The position numbers were made by a program, and so were the translations under genes. Of a stretch of 64,000 nucleotides of DNA, positions 44,586-54,181 are shown piece after piece. The DNA comes from Nitrospirota bacterium. Its GTDB lineage: Bacteria; Nitrospirota; UBA9217. Under the pieces are notes generated by a model. That model did no database searches, had not been told where the DNA came from, and saw nothing but the letters and a program-made list of their open reading frames with translations. How positions within the stretch are numbered: position 1 is the stretch's first letter; the number at the start of each line of letters is the position of its first letter. The stretch spans positions 64,001 to 128,000 of the forward strand of contig CAVUCU010000003.1 of the NCBI GenBank assembly GCA_963740085.1, in the 5' to 3' direction.

Positions 44586-44632
44586 TAAGAATATTCTCTC
44601 TGAATGCTCTGTGCCAGGGGTAAAAAAGGTTT

Positions 44633-45001
44633 TTAATCGAAATAGCTCGCCGAGGCCGTGTCCGATTCCCACACGGTAACGCTGGCGACCTCGATGTTCT
44701 CGTTATTGATCTTCTTGGTCATCGTGTCGTAGATCCACTTGGCCAGGTTCTCGGACGAGGGGTTGATCTGGGTGAACGGGAAAATATCGTTCAGGAAGGT
44801 GTGCTCGAGCTGGTCCAGAACATCGCGGAGGGCCTTTTTGAGGTCGTGAAAGTCCATGGCCAGACCGATATCGTCCAGTCGCTCCGCGGTCACGGCAATG
44901 GTCACGCGCCAGTTGTGGCCGTGGAGCTTCTCGCACTTGCCCTGATAGCCCCGGAGCTGATGGGCTGCCGCGAATTTTGATTCAACCATGAGTTCATACA
45001 T
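44633..45001 (-). CDS. queD: 6-carboxytetrahydropterin synthase
   Basis: FAAAH, CEKLHGHNW, NPSSENLA, VWES. Confidence 0.95.
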   Translation of the reverse strand: MYELMVESKFAAAHQLRGYQGKCEKLHGHNWRVTIAVTAERLDDIGLAMDFHDLKKALRDVLDQLEHTFLNDIFPFTQINPSSENLAKWIYDTMTKKINNENIEVASVTVWESDTASASYFD

Positions 45002-45162
45002 AAGAAAGGATAATATGGCATGCGCCGGGAAAAGTCAATAAGGAATAAATACTGCGGGGGTGAGAACAAAGGCCAAGATCATATCAAGGACACATCCGTT
45101 CGCAAGCAGAGAGAAATAAAATTTTCTTGCAATCGCCCGCGATTTCAGCTATGCTTTTTCCA

Positions 45163-45642
45163 ATGGAAGCAACGAAGGAAGAGTCAAGGCAAGCCATCGA
45201 ACCGCATTTCCTCTCGCAGGCCCAAGCAAGCGGCATCAAACTCCATATCGGTCAGATGAACAAAGCCGAACATGAAGGCATCATCCATGACATCGGCCGC
45301 TACGAGATCAACCTTGAGGAAAACGGCAAGATCGTCACGGTCCTGAAGCAGGAGATGTCCTATCTCACCGCGCCCCATCCCGTCATCATTGTTCCCGAGC
45401 CGCAGCAAACATACGGCACGGCCGACCAGGGCCTCGCGGCGCCCTCGCCCGGCAGACCGAATATTCAGCAGGAATTCCTCGACAAGGCCATCAAGGAGAA
45501 CCAGCTTCTCACGCTGTACCTGATCAACGGACAGCGCGTCAGGGCCCATATCGAGGCCTATGACAACTTCACCATCCTGCTCAAAGAGGACGGCAAACAG
45601 CACCTCTATTACAAACACTCGATAGCCACGATCAATCGTTAG
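45163..45642 (+). CDS. Hfq-family protein with two tandem Sm-like domains
   Basis: C-domain NIQQEFL...YLING...YDNFTILL...QHLYYKHSIATI; N-domain IEPHFL...GIIHDIGRYEI...VLKQEMSYL. Confidence 0.75.
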   Translation: MEATKEESRQAIEPHFLSQAQASGIKLHIGQMNKAEHEGIIHDIGRYEINLEENGKIVTVLKQEMSYLTAPHPVIIVPEPQQTYGTADQGLAAPSPGRPNIQQEFLDKAIKENQLLTLYLINGQRVRAHIEAYDNFTILLKEDGKQHLYYKHSIATINR

Positions 45643-45653
45643 AGGTATTACCC

Positions 45654-46046
45654 ATGGAAACAAATCTCCTCGATAGAATGCTGGACACCTACCTGACAGG
45701 GCGGACCTCCGTGACCGTTACCCTTCGGAACAAGATCCGCGTTTCCGGAAGGATCAAGGCCTTTGACAGCTATGTCATCATCATGGACGGCACCAAACAG
45801 GAGATACTGTTCCGCCATGCGGTCATGAGCCTTTCCTCGTTTTCACCGGAGGAGCATAAGCGCCCGCCCGCAGCAACCAGGCCCGCCCCGGCAAAAACAG
45901 TTCCCCCAAGACCCGCGAAGAGCGTCTCACGCCAACCCGGACAAGCACAGCCTCAGACGCTTCCCTCATCCGCAACCGAGAGTCTCAACAACAGCATGAA
46001 GGACGGACTGCTCAGGTGGATGCAGGAACAAAAGGCCGCGAAATAG
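45654..46046 (+). CDS. Second Hfq-family protein with a Pro-rich C-terminal tail
   Basis: VTLRNKIRVSGRIKAFDSYVII...QEILFRHAVMSL. Confidence 0.75.
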   Translation: METNLLDRMLDTYLTGRTSVTVTLRNKIRVSGRIKAFDSYVIIMDGTKQEILFRHAVMSLSSFSPEEHKRPPAATRPAPAKTVPPRPAKSVSRQPGQAQPQTLPSSATESLNNSMKDGLLRWMQEQKAAK

Positions 46047-46047
46047 C

Positions 46048-47583
46048 ATGAACTTCCGCTCCCTTTTGCTCGCTGCGCTCTCGGGCATCCTCCTTGCCGT
46101 TGCCTTCCCCGTGCTCAACCTCCATCTCCTTGCCTGGGTCGCCCTGCTGCCGCTGTTCCTCGCGCTCAGGGGACAGAGTGTCAGAAATGGTTTCTGGCTC
46201 GGCGGTGTGGCCGGGATCGTGTATTTTGCAGGCACCGTCTACTGGGTCACAAACTCCGTGCACTTTTACGGCGGCATTCCGATCATCCCGGCGTCACTCA
46301 TCACCCTGCTTCTGTGCGCCTATATGGCGCTCTATCCCGCGGTCTTCGGCGCCGCTGTCGTGCATATCAGGAAAAACCATCCATCGCTTTTTTTCGTCGC
46401 CGCTCCCGCCCTCTGGACAACGCTCGAGCTCGCGCGCACCTACGCGTTCAGCGGATTCCCCTGGTCACTGCTCGGCTACTCGCAATATCTCGCCTTGCCG
46501 GTCGTCCAGATAGCGGACATCACCGGCGTGTACGGCGTCTCATTCCTGATCGTTCTGGTGAATGCCGCCCTGGCCGAGTTCATCAGAGACAGAAAGAACT
46601 ATCCGGGTCTTCTCGTCGCCCTGGCCGTCATGCTTTTCGTGCTTGGCTATGGCTACATGAAATTGCGGCTCCCGGAGCAGGGGGCCGGCATAAAGGTATC
46701 CGTTGCGCAGGGAAATATCGAGCAGGACAAAAAGTGGGACCCAGCCTTCCAGGAGGAAACACTGGCGATATACAGGCGGCTCACCCGGGAGGCGCTCAAG
46801 GAGCATCCGGACCTCGTGATCTGGCCGGAAACCGCCGTGCCGTTCTACTTCGGCGGAGTGGCCCCGACGGACCAGGCCTTGACCGCCGACCTCGGTGCCT
46901 TCGTGAAACAGAGCAGGGTCCCGCTTCTCTTCGGAAGCGCGACCTATGAAGTGAAGCCGAACAGACAGATCATCGGCCGGAACTCCGCGTTCCTGCTTTC
47001 CGCGGACGGACAGGTCGAGGCAACCTACCATAAGCTCCACCTCGTACCCTTCGGCGAGTACGTACCGCTCAAAAAAGTCCTTTTCTTTGTGGAAAAGATG
47101 GTGCAGGCGATCGGAGACTTTCAGGCCGGGGACGACTATGTTGTTATGCGGGTACCTTACGGGCGCACGGAGACGAAGTTGAGCGTCGTTATCTGCTATG
47201 AGATCATCTTCCCGGACCTGGTCAGGAGGTTTGTGGACAAAGGGGCGAACGTCATAACGACGATCACGAACGACGCGTGGTTCGGGAAGACGGCGGCGCC
47301 GTACCAGCACTTTTCCATGGCGGTCCTTCGTGCTGTTGAAAATCGTGTGCCGGTCGCGCGCGCGGCCAACACCGGCATCTCGGGCTTCATCGACGCGCAA
47401 GGACACATCCTGGCTGAATCGGAGATCTTCATCCAGACGCAGCTGACCCACACCCTTGTCCCGGGAACTGAAAAAACCTTTTACACCCGTCACGGCGACG
47501 TTTTCTCCTACCTCTGCGTGCTCGCGAGCTTGATCCTGCTTTCGTGGGCCCCAAAAAAGAAACCTGGATCAAAACCCGCATAG
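46048..47583 (+). CDS. lnt: Apolipoprotein N-acyltransferase
   Basis: GFPW, QGNI, WPETA, KLHLVPFGEYVP, ICYE, TNDAWFG, ANTGIS. Confidence 0.96.
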   Translation: MNFRSLLLAALSGILLAVAFPVLNLHLLAWVALLPLFLALRGQSVRNGFWLGGVAGIVYFAGTVYWVTNSVHFYGGIPIIPASLITLLLCAYMALYPAVFGAAVVHIRKNHPSLFFVAAPALWTTLELARTYAFSGFPWSLLGYSQYLALPVVQIADITGVYGVSFLIVLVNAALAEFIRDRKNYPGLLVALAVMLFVLGYGYMKLRLPEQGAGIKVSVAQGNIEQDKKWDPAFQEETLAIYRRLTREALKEHPDLVIWPETAVPFYFGGVAPTDQALTADLGAFVKQSRVPLLFGSATYEVKPNRQIIGRNSAFLLSADGQVEATYHKLHLVPFGEYVPLKKVLFFVEKMVQAIGDFQAGDDYVVMRVPYGRTETKLSVVICYEIIFPDLVRRFVDKGANVITTITNDAWFGKTAAPYQHFSMAVLRAVENRVPVARAANTGISGFIDAQGHILAESEIFIQTQLTHTLVPGTEKTFYTRHGDVFSYLCVLASLILLSWAPKKKPGSKPA

Positions 47584-47622
47584 ACACAGAGACACGAAGA
47601 GCTGCCGCCGTGAATCAATTCC

Positions 47623-47803
47623 GATGAACTCGTAATAAGTAAATAAATATCCAATGTGTCCTTCTGAGCGAAGCGAAGAATCTTGTTTTCCAATCGATCC
47701 TTCACGGAGCCTGTCCGAACAAGCGAGACCCTTCGCGTTGCTCAGGGTGACTGTTCCGAAGGATTCAGGGCGACACTTTCTAACTTTTTTACGAAACCAT
47801 CAA
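47623..47803. repeat. Composite nested REP-like element
   Basis: Outer imperfect IR gatgaactcgtaataagt / acttttttacgaaaccatc; inner tgtccttctgagcgaagcgaagaatct ... cttcgcgttgctcagggtgac ... cagggcgaca. Confidence 0.65.
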
Positions 47804-47823
47804 TTCTGGCTCAACCTTGTGCC

Positions 47824-48582
47824 TTAGTGACCGAGGGGTAAAACTTTCTTGAGGAACTCAGTTGACTTGAGCCGTTTGCCGAGGATGTGGAAGGAGTGCG
47901 CGGAGAATACCAGGTCGAGCTCCTGCATGATCGAGGGAGAGGGCTTGAGTCTGCAGACCTTGTGCATGTCCATCCTGAGCACGTGGTAGTAGAACCCCAC
48001 CGCTCCCTGGGAGAGCCGTATCCGGGGTTCGCCGGAAGAGACCATGCAATCCGGGCAGAGCATGCCGCCCTTCATGCCGAGGAAGATGATGTCCCCTTTC
48101 GGCTGGATGCCGCAGGAAAGACAGTGGTCCAGTTTGGGCTGGTAACCCAGCAGCGACAGGAACTTGATCTCGAATATCCTGAGCAGAAAAAGCGGTTCCT
48201 CACCCTCGTCGAGAAGATGGAGGACATGAGAAAGGAGCAAAAAGGCCGGCGCATTGCGCTCGCCGAGCGGCGCCATCTCCCGCACCAGTTCGAGCATCAC
48301 CGCGCCGACGGCGGAGCGGCCCAGATCGGAGCCGATGGATGAGTGCTGTTCGATGATGTCCGTGGACTCGATCCGCGCAAGCTCCTGGTGTTCGCGCTCG
48401 AAGAGATGCAGGCGCGATATCGTAAAGGATTCGAGTCCTGCCCCGAAGCGGCGAAAGGACTTCCGCGCGTTCCTGGCAACGCCCTTCAGCATGCCGCGGT
48501 CGAGGGAAAAGAACGTGACGAGCTTGTCCGCCTCGCCCAGGTTCATGCTGCTGATGATGATCGCCTCGGTTTTGGATTTCAT
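47824..48582 (-). CDS. recO: DNA repair protein RecO
   Basis: GEADKLV, GVARNARKS..RFGAGLE, FEIKFLSLLGY, CxxC...CxxC; near era. Confidence 0.93.
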   Translation of the reverse strand: MKSKTEAIIISSMNLGEADKLVTFFSLDRGMLKGVARNARKSFRRFGAGLESFTISRLHLFEREHQELARIESTDIIEQHSSIGSDLGRSAVGAVMLELVREMAPLGERNAPAFLLLSHVLHLLDEGEEPLFLLRIFEIKFLSLLGYQPKLDHCLSCGIQPKGDIIFLGMKGGMLCPDCMVSSGEPRIRLSQGAVGFYYHVLRMDMHKVCRLKPSPSIMQELDLVFSAHSFHILGKRLKSTEFLKKVLPLGH

Positions 48583-48755
48583 AATTCCCTGTTAGAATTC
48601 CCCGGCAGACTCAGGCTTCGGCCTGCGCATGAGCCGGGATTACACCATCAGAACGCAAACTGAAGTTTGCTGCTGTTGTGATCATGGCTCATTATACACG
48701 AGCCGACGCTCAAAAACGAGATTCTTCGCTGCACCCGGGATAACGGGAAGACTTT

Positions 48756-51164
48756 TTACGAGACCATCAAGCTTCTTTTCCAAAAAGCAGAGACTTCACT
48801 CAAGATGCTTTCGGAAACCAGTTCGCTGACATCGGATTCGTACCAGTCCGCGGGCATGGACCGGGAATAGGCGGGTTGAACGAACCGGTTGTCCATCAGC
48901 ACAATGAGACCCCGGTCGCTCTCGGAACGGATCACCCTTCCCGCCGACTGGATCGCCTTGGCCATCGCGGGTATCGCATAGGCATAGTCGAATCCCGCAT
49001 GATATTGCTTCTGATAATACTCCCTCATCAGCTCGCGCTCAAGATCGAAATTCGGCAGCGGCGGGCCGACCACGAACGCGCCGACCGCCATCTCGCCAGG
49101 ATAGTCGGCCCCTTCCGAGAATATTCCGCCCTGTACGGCGAAGAGGATCGTGGGAGAAGACCCTTCCCGGAGTCGCTCCATGAACTCCTCGATCCGGTCC
49201 GCTTTCATGTCCCGCTCCTGCCTGAGAACAACAAACCCTTCCGGTAGTTGGAAAAGGGCGAGCGCTCGTTCAAGGAATTCGAAGCTCGGGAAGAATGCGA
49301 AATAATTTCCGGGACGCAGGGCCGATAACCGCGCTATGACGTCCGCTATCTTCGCATAATTGCGCTCGCGGTCCGAATACTTGGTCGAGATCTGGGGGAT
49401 GATCAGGATCTTGCGATGTCCACCGGGGAAAGGGCTTTGAAATTCGGCTGTCTTCACGGTCACGGGATCGATGCCGGAGAGCCTGGTGTAGTAATCGAAA
49501 GGCTTCAACGTTGCAGAGAACCCGACAACCTGCTCATATTCATCATAGCAATCCCTGAGCATGGCGGAGGCGTCGCAGCAGGTGATCTTGACGATGCCTT
49601 CACCGGGATGGGGAGTGAAGGTCGTGAAGAATTCCTCTCTTGCCGGATCACCAGCGTACTCGAGCGCCTCGGCGAATGCTGACCAGTAAAAGCAGAGCCT
49701 CATGATAACGTCCCGGCGTTGGAGATCAAGGTCGGAATCAAGATAACGCGAAAGGAAGACTCTGAGCTCAGCATCCAGCTCGAGGAACGAATCAATGGGG
49801 GGGTCGATCTTCGATGGTCTCATACTTTGTTCATGCCTGCATGAGGCGACCACCTGAACGCATGAATCAAGAAGTTCCTCGGCCTCCTCCCTGAAGCGGG
49901 AAGGAACGTGCTGGATCTCGCCCCTCATGGATTCGAGTGCTGTGCTGGAGATCGAGGGAGAATAGTAATCCATGGCGCGCGAGGGAAGATTATGGGCCTC
50001 GTCGATCACGAGGTTCGGTTTCCCTGTTTGATCGATAGCGATCGTCTCCCTGTGACCGAAGGCCGAACGCGGGGCAAAAACATAGTTGTAATCGCAGATC
50101 ACGATGTCGGCTTCCCCTGCCGCGTCAAACTGCAGCTCAAAAGGACAAACTTCATGGTTCTTTCCGAGATCGCGGAACGTTCGTGCCTTGAGCTTCCTCT
50201 TCTTCGAGAGAATGTCGATAAGTCCGTGTTCAGCTACCTTTGCGTAATAGTCCCTGGCATATTCGCAGAAGGCCGGATCGCAAAGCGGCTCGTTCTGAAA
50301 GCAGATCTTGCCTTTCGCCGTGACGGTGAGTGACTTGATCTTTGCACCCGCGTCCTGAAAACGCATGACCGCGTCCTCGGCAACCAGGTGCTGGCTGTTC
50401 TTTGGCGTGACGTAGACCACCCTCTGGCCGCGGCCCAGTGCCTCTCTGAGAACCGGATAGAGAACGCCGACGGTCTTCCCGAGCCCGGTGGGCGCCTGGA
50501 TCAGCATCGGCCTCCGCTCCTGCATTCCCTGCTCGATCTTCTGCATGAGCTCGATCTGCCCGGAACGGGGCGTCTCGTAAGGGAACGCGAAATGTGCAGC
50601 AACCTTCCTCCGGCGGAGTGCGCGCTTCTCGGCCTTTCTGGCCTCTCCCACGAGTTCGTCCAGACGCCGGTCCAGCCATTTTTCGTAAGCAGGAAGATCG
50701 AGCGTGATGTCGAGGTCCAGTGAATCCCTGTTGCGGGTCGAGACGAGATGAAAGGACAACGCGGGGACAGCCTTGTGCTCGAGCCAGGTGAAGTAACCGT
50801 AGGTGGCGAGTTGAAGACCATAGGGATGGTCAAGGGCGGTGCCGGCGAGACTGTGTGCAAGTTCCCGGATATTGAAGCCGGTCTTGATCTCTTCGATCCT
50901 GGGAGGATCGTTCCTGAAGATCCCGTCCATCCGTCCGTCGATCCGGAACCGGTATTCCTCTCTTTTGAATTCGCGACTGATCGCGACTTCGGCTTCGTAG
51001 GAGGGGTCGGACTTTGCCCTCTTCCGCTGCACGCGGACATGTATCTCGTGCCCCTCTGCGGCCGCCCGTCCATAACCGGAATGGGCCTCAATGCTCCCGA
51101 TCCTCGGAACCGGCACCGCGAAATCGCGGACCGCGACAGGGATAAGCTTTAATTCAACATTCAT
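48756..51164 (-). CDS. XPD/DinG-family Fe-S helicase with an N-terminal PD-(D/E)xK nuclease domain
   Basis: GRMDG...IEEIKT; APTGLGKT, Cys cluster, DEAH, SATL, QSAGRVIR. Confidence 0.88.
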   Translation of the reverse strand: MNVELKLIPVAVRDFAVPVPRIGSIEAHSGYGRAAAEGHEIHVRVQRKRAKSDPSYEAEVAISREFKREEYRFRIDGRMDGIFRNDPPRIEEIKTGFNIRELAHSLAGTALDHPYGLQLATYGYFTWLEHKAVPALSFHLVSTRNRDSLDLDITLDLPAYEKWLDRRLDELVGEARKAEKRALRRRKVAAHFAFPYETPRSGQIELMQKIEQGMQERRPMLIQAPTGLGKTVGVLYPVLREALGRGQRVVYVTPKNSQHLVAEDAVMRFQDAGAKIKSLTVTAKGKICFQNEPLCDPAFCEYARDYYAKVAEHGLIDILSKKRKLKARTFRDLGKNHEVCPFELQFDAAGEADIVICDYNYVFAPRSAFGHRETIAIDQTGKPNLVIDEAHNLPSRAMDYYSPSISSTALESMRGEIQHVPSRFREEAEELLDSCVQVVASCRHEQSMRPSKIDPPIDSFLELDAELRVFLSRYLDSDLDLQRRDVIMRLCFYWSAFAEALEYAGDPAREEFFTTFTPHPGEGIVKITCCDASAMLRDCYDEYEQVVGFSATLKPFDYYTRLSGIDPVTVKTAEFQSPFPGGHRKILIIPQISTKYSDRERNYAKIADVIARLSALRPGNYFAFFPSFEFLERALALFQLPEGFVVLRQERDMKADRIEEFMERLREGSSPTILFAVQGGIFSEGADYPGEMAVGAFVVGPPLPNFDLERELMREYYQKQYHAGFDYAYAIPAMAKAIQSAGRVIRSESDRGLIVLMDNRFVQPAYSRSMPADWYESDVSELVSESILSEVSAFWKRSLMVS

Positions 51165-51315
51165 ATTTTCGTCGAAAAACGTCGAAGTCAAAAAACCACG
51201 GAGATTCACCCCGTTAGAAATAAGTATCTCGAACGGGGCAGGCGGAGACACGGAGGAAAACCCGGGCAAGTCGGTGCTGAAAAATCTTAACAGCCAACGC
51301 ATTCAGGCGGGACCG

Positions 51316-51936
51316 TTACCGCATGTTATCGGTACTCACTTGTTTCTTTCTCCGATGGTTCCAAACATACACAATGATGATCGTCACGCTCAGGGCCACT
51401 GCCCCGATGAGCGCCTGATGTGAATACTGCATGATCAACTCCCGCTCGGCGCCGATAAAATATCCGATGTACGAAAGCACCGTGACCCACAGCCCCGCAC
51501 CGAGCAGCGTGTAGAGAGAGAACTTCATATGGTTCATTCCCGCGAGACCCGCCGGAAGCGAGATCAGGTGGCGGACAACCGGCAGAAGTCTGCCGATGAA
51601 GGTAGACACCTCGCCGTGGTCCTTGAAGAACCGCTCGACCTTCGCGAACTTCGCTTCGGTGATCCAGACATACTTCCCGTATTTCAAAACAAGCGGTCTT
51701 CCCAGATAGTGCGCTGCATAGTAATTCGCGTAAGCGCCCACCAGACTTCCGGCGGCGCCGCTCAGGATAACGAGCGCCATGTTCATCTGCCCCTGCTGCG
51801 CCAGGTACCCGGCAGGAGGCATGATCAGCTCGCTCGGGACCGGGATGACCGAGCTCTCCATGGCCATCAGAAGAAAGATCCCGGGATAGCCGAGCGCCCC
51901 GATGGTGTTCACCAGCCATATCATGAGTTCGTGCAT
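51316..51936 (-). CDS. DedA family protein
   Basis: ESSVIPVPSE, GRLLPVVRHLISLPAG. Confidence 0.92.
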   Translation of the reverse strand: MHELMIWLVNTIGALGYPGIFLLMAMESSVIPVPSELIMPPAGYLAQQGQMNMALVILSGAAGSLVGAYANYYAAHYLGRPLVLKYGKYVWITEAKFAKVERFFKDHGEVSTFIGRLLPVVRHLISLPAGLAGMNHMKFSLYTLLGAGLWVTVLSYIGYFIGAERELIMQYSHQALIGAVALSVTIIIVYVWNHRRKKQVSTDNMR

Positions 51937-51977
51937 TTTTTCTCCTTGACAAGGACAAGCCGAAACAAAGAGGCTTC

Positions 51978-52085
51978 TCTCGCAGAGGCGCAGAGCTCGC
52001 AGAGAAAAGCATAAAAAAGTCCCAGCTTAAAACAAATTCATAAAAGGTTTTGATTTAACTCTGCGTTCTCTGCGCCTCCGCGAGA
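51978..52085. repeat. Intergenic inverted repeat, 9-nt-period family
   Basis: tctcgcagagg cgcagagct cgcagagaa ... ctctgcgtt ctctgcgcc tccgcgaga. Confidence 0.8.
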
Positions 52086-52100
52086 AACCGTGTTCGCCCC

Positions 52101-53000
52101 TTATTCTTCTTTGAGTATCCCGAAATTCTTAAGCATGCCTTCGTCCTCGCGCCAGCCTTTCTTTACCTTCACGAAGATTTTCAGAAAGATCTTCGTTCCG
52201 AGCAGCTTCTCCGCATCGAGGCGGGCGAGCGTGCCGATCTGTTTCAGCATGCCCCCGCCCTTGCCGATGAGGATGCCCTTCTGCGAGTCCCGTTCCACGT
52301 AGATGACCGCATGGATGTGCGTGATGTCCGGTTCTTCCTTCATTTCCTCGATGACCACCGCCGTGGAATAGGGGATCTCCTCTTTCGTGAGCTCGAAGAT
52401 CTTTTCCCGGACGAGCTCGGACACAATGAATCGTTCCGGCTGGTCCGTAAGCTGGTCGTCGGGAAAGTATTTCGGCCCCTCGGGCATACGCTTCAAGACC
52501 GCCTCGACAAGACCGCCGAGGTCGTTCTTGAGCGCCGACACGGGGATGATCTCGGCGAAATTGTAAAGTTTGCTGTATTCCTGCATAAGCGGAAGAAGCG
52601 CCTCTTTTTGAATAAGGTCCACCTTGTTGATGAGAAGAAAGACCGGCGTCTTGACCTGAGACAGGGTCTCGATGATGAACTTGTCTCCTCCCCCGGGCTG
52701 TTCCGTGGCCTCGACGAGCATGAGGATCACGTCCACTTCGTTGTAAGTCTGGAGTGCGGTCTTCACCATGACCTCGTTCATCCGGTGCATGGGTTTGTGG
52801 ATGCCCGGCGTGTCCATGAACACCAGCTGCGCTCCCGGTTGGCTCACGATGCCGAGGATGCGGTTCCGCGTCGTCTGGGGTTTGTTCGAGATGATGGCGA
52901 TCTTCTCGCCGAGGAGTGAGTTCAGGAGAGTGGATTTGCCGACATTCGGTCTGCCGATGATGGAGATGAATCCGGACTTGAAGTCTTCTTTGTCAGTCAT
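52101..53000 (-). CDS. era: GTPase Era
   Basis: GRPNVGKSTL, QTTR, DTPG, NKVD, EEIPY, IGKGG. Confidence 0.97.
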   Translation of the reverse strand: MTDKEDFKSGFISIIGRPNVGKSTLLNSLLGEKIAIISNKPQTTRNRILGIVSQPGAQLVFMDTPGIHKPMHRMNEVMVKTALQTYNEVDVILMLVEATEQPGGGDKFIIETLSQVKTPVFLLINKVDLIQKEALLPLMQEYSKLYNFAEIIPVSALKNDLGGLVEAVLKRMPEGPKYFPDDQLTDQPERFIVSELVREKIFELTKEEIPYSTAVVIEEMKEEPDITHIHAVIYVERDSQKGILIGKGGGMLKQIGTLARLDAEKLLGTKIFLKIFVKVKKGWREDEGMLKNFGILKEE

Positions 53001-53297
53001 GGCTGGTAGAATACCCGAAATCGTTGGCCTTCGCAATAGAAAAGCCGGAGAAGGAGAAGCACATGGGAACAGATCCAGTGAATCAGGAGAAGGTTTTAAC
53101 CATACTTTCGTCTCATTGACTGCTGCGGAATCTTGTGTTACTTTCTCATTAAAAGGATGATCAAACCGTTAACATGAGAACAAATATATCTTTTCACGCA
53201 ATAACAGGGGCTCTCTTGAGGGATGCGCGCCTGAAGCAGCAAGGGTATATCGACGATCAAGCTGATTCCCATTACGAGCAAGAAGGAGGAAAATAGC

Positions 53298-53885
53298 ATG
53301 AAAAAGATGGTCATTGCAGGTTGTGTAATCCTGGGGTTATTCAGTCTTCTCCTGGTACCGGAAGCCCCGTTCGCCGCCGAACAAAAGTCGGCAGGCGGCA
53401 AAAAGGCGATGATCGCCAGAGGCTTGTATCTGGTGACTGTGGGGGGATGCAACGACTGTCACTCCCCTAAGAAAATGACCCCGAACGGCCCCGTGCCCGA
53501 CGGGATGCGGCTTCTTTCGGGACATCCAGCCAATGAAAAACTGCCCGAGGTTCCGCCAAATATAATCGGCCCGGACAAATGGGGCGCCATTACCAACAAC
53601 AACTTAACGGGCTGGGTCGGTCCCTGGGGTACAAGCTATAGTTCCAATCTTTCACCTGATCCGGAAACCGGGACAGGGGCCTGGAACGAAGAGTTGTTCA
53701 TCAGGATACTGCGCACCGGCAAGTTCATGGCCTCGGGGCGTGACATTTTACCTCCCATGCCCTGGTACGACTTTGCCAAATTGACGAACGCCGACCTGAA
53801 GGCGATCTTCGCCTATCTCAAGAGCCTCAAACCGGTCAAGAATCAGGTTCCCGCACCCGTTCTTGCCCCGCTTCCTCAGCGGTAG
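53298..53885 (+). CDS. Periplasmic c-type cytochrome (single CxxCH)
   Basis: Signal peptide, GCNDCHSP, NLSPDPETG, PPMPW. Confidence 0.85.
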   Translation: MKKMVIAGCVILGLFSLLLVPEAPFAAEQKSAGGKKAMIARGLYLVTVGGCNDCHSPKKMTPNGPVPDGMRLLSGHPANEKLPEVPPNIIGPDKWGAITNNNLTGWVGPWGTSYSSNLSPDPETGTGAWNEELFIRILRTGKFMASGRDILPPMPWYDFAKLTNADLKAIFAYLKSLKPVKNQVPAPVLAPLPQR

Positions 53886-53909
53886 CGAGCGTCATGGTAG
53901 ATGAAAAAG

Positions 53910-53943
53910 AGGTCCGTCAGACAGCTCGCTGACGGACCTTTTT
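53910..53943 (+). terminator. Rho-independent terminator
   Basis: aggtccgtcag/ctgacggacct stem plus T tract. Confidence 0.8.
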
Positions 53944-54181
53944 AATTTCAATGCGCCCTGCCTCGCGCCGGAAAGATGGCCCTCCTCATATTCATTCGGC
54001 TGGCGCACGTCCTCCTAGCAATATTACCGATAGCGGCACTCAGGAATGACTGCCGGGAGTGGTTATCAGCTGAGCTCAAAGTTTCTTACAGTTTTACAGT
54101 GCCATAGTGCCTCTGTCGCGTCCTTAACCACAAATTCCATTGACAATCACGTGTTATTCTCGGTATTATCATAATACACCT

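Noticed and set aside
48756-51164. Type IV CRISPR CasDinG/Cas4
   Set aside because: No cas genes or array nearby; the context is housekeeping.
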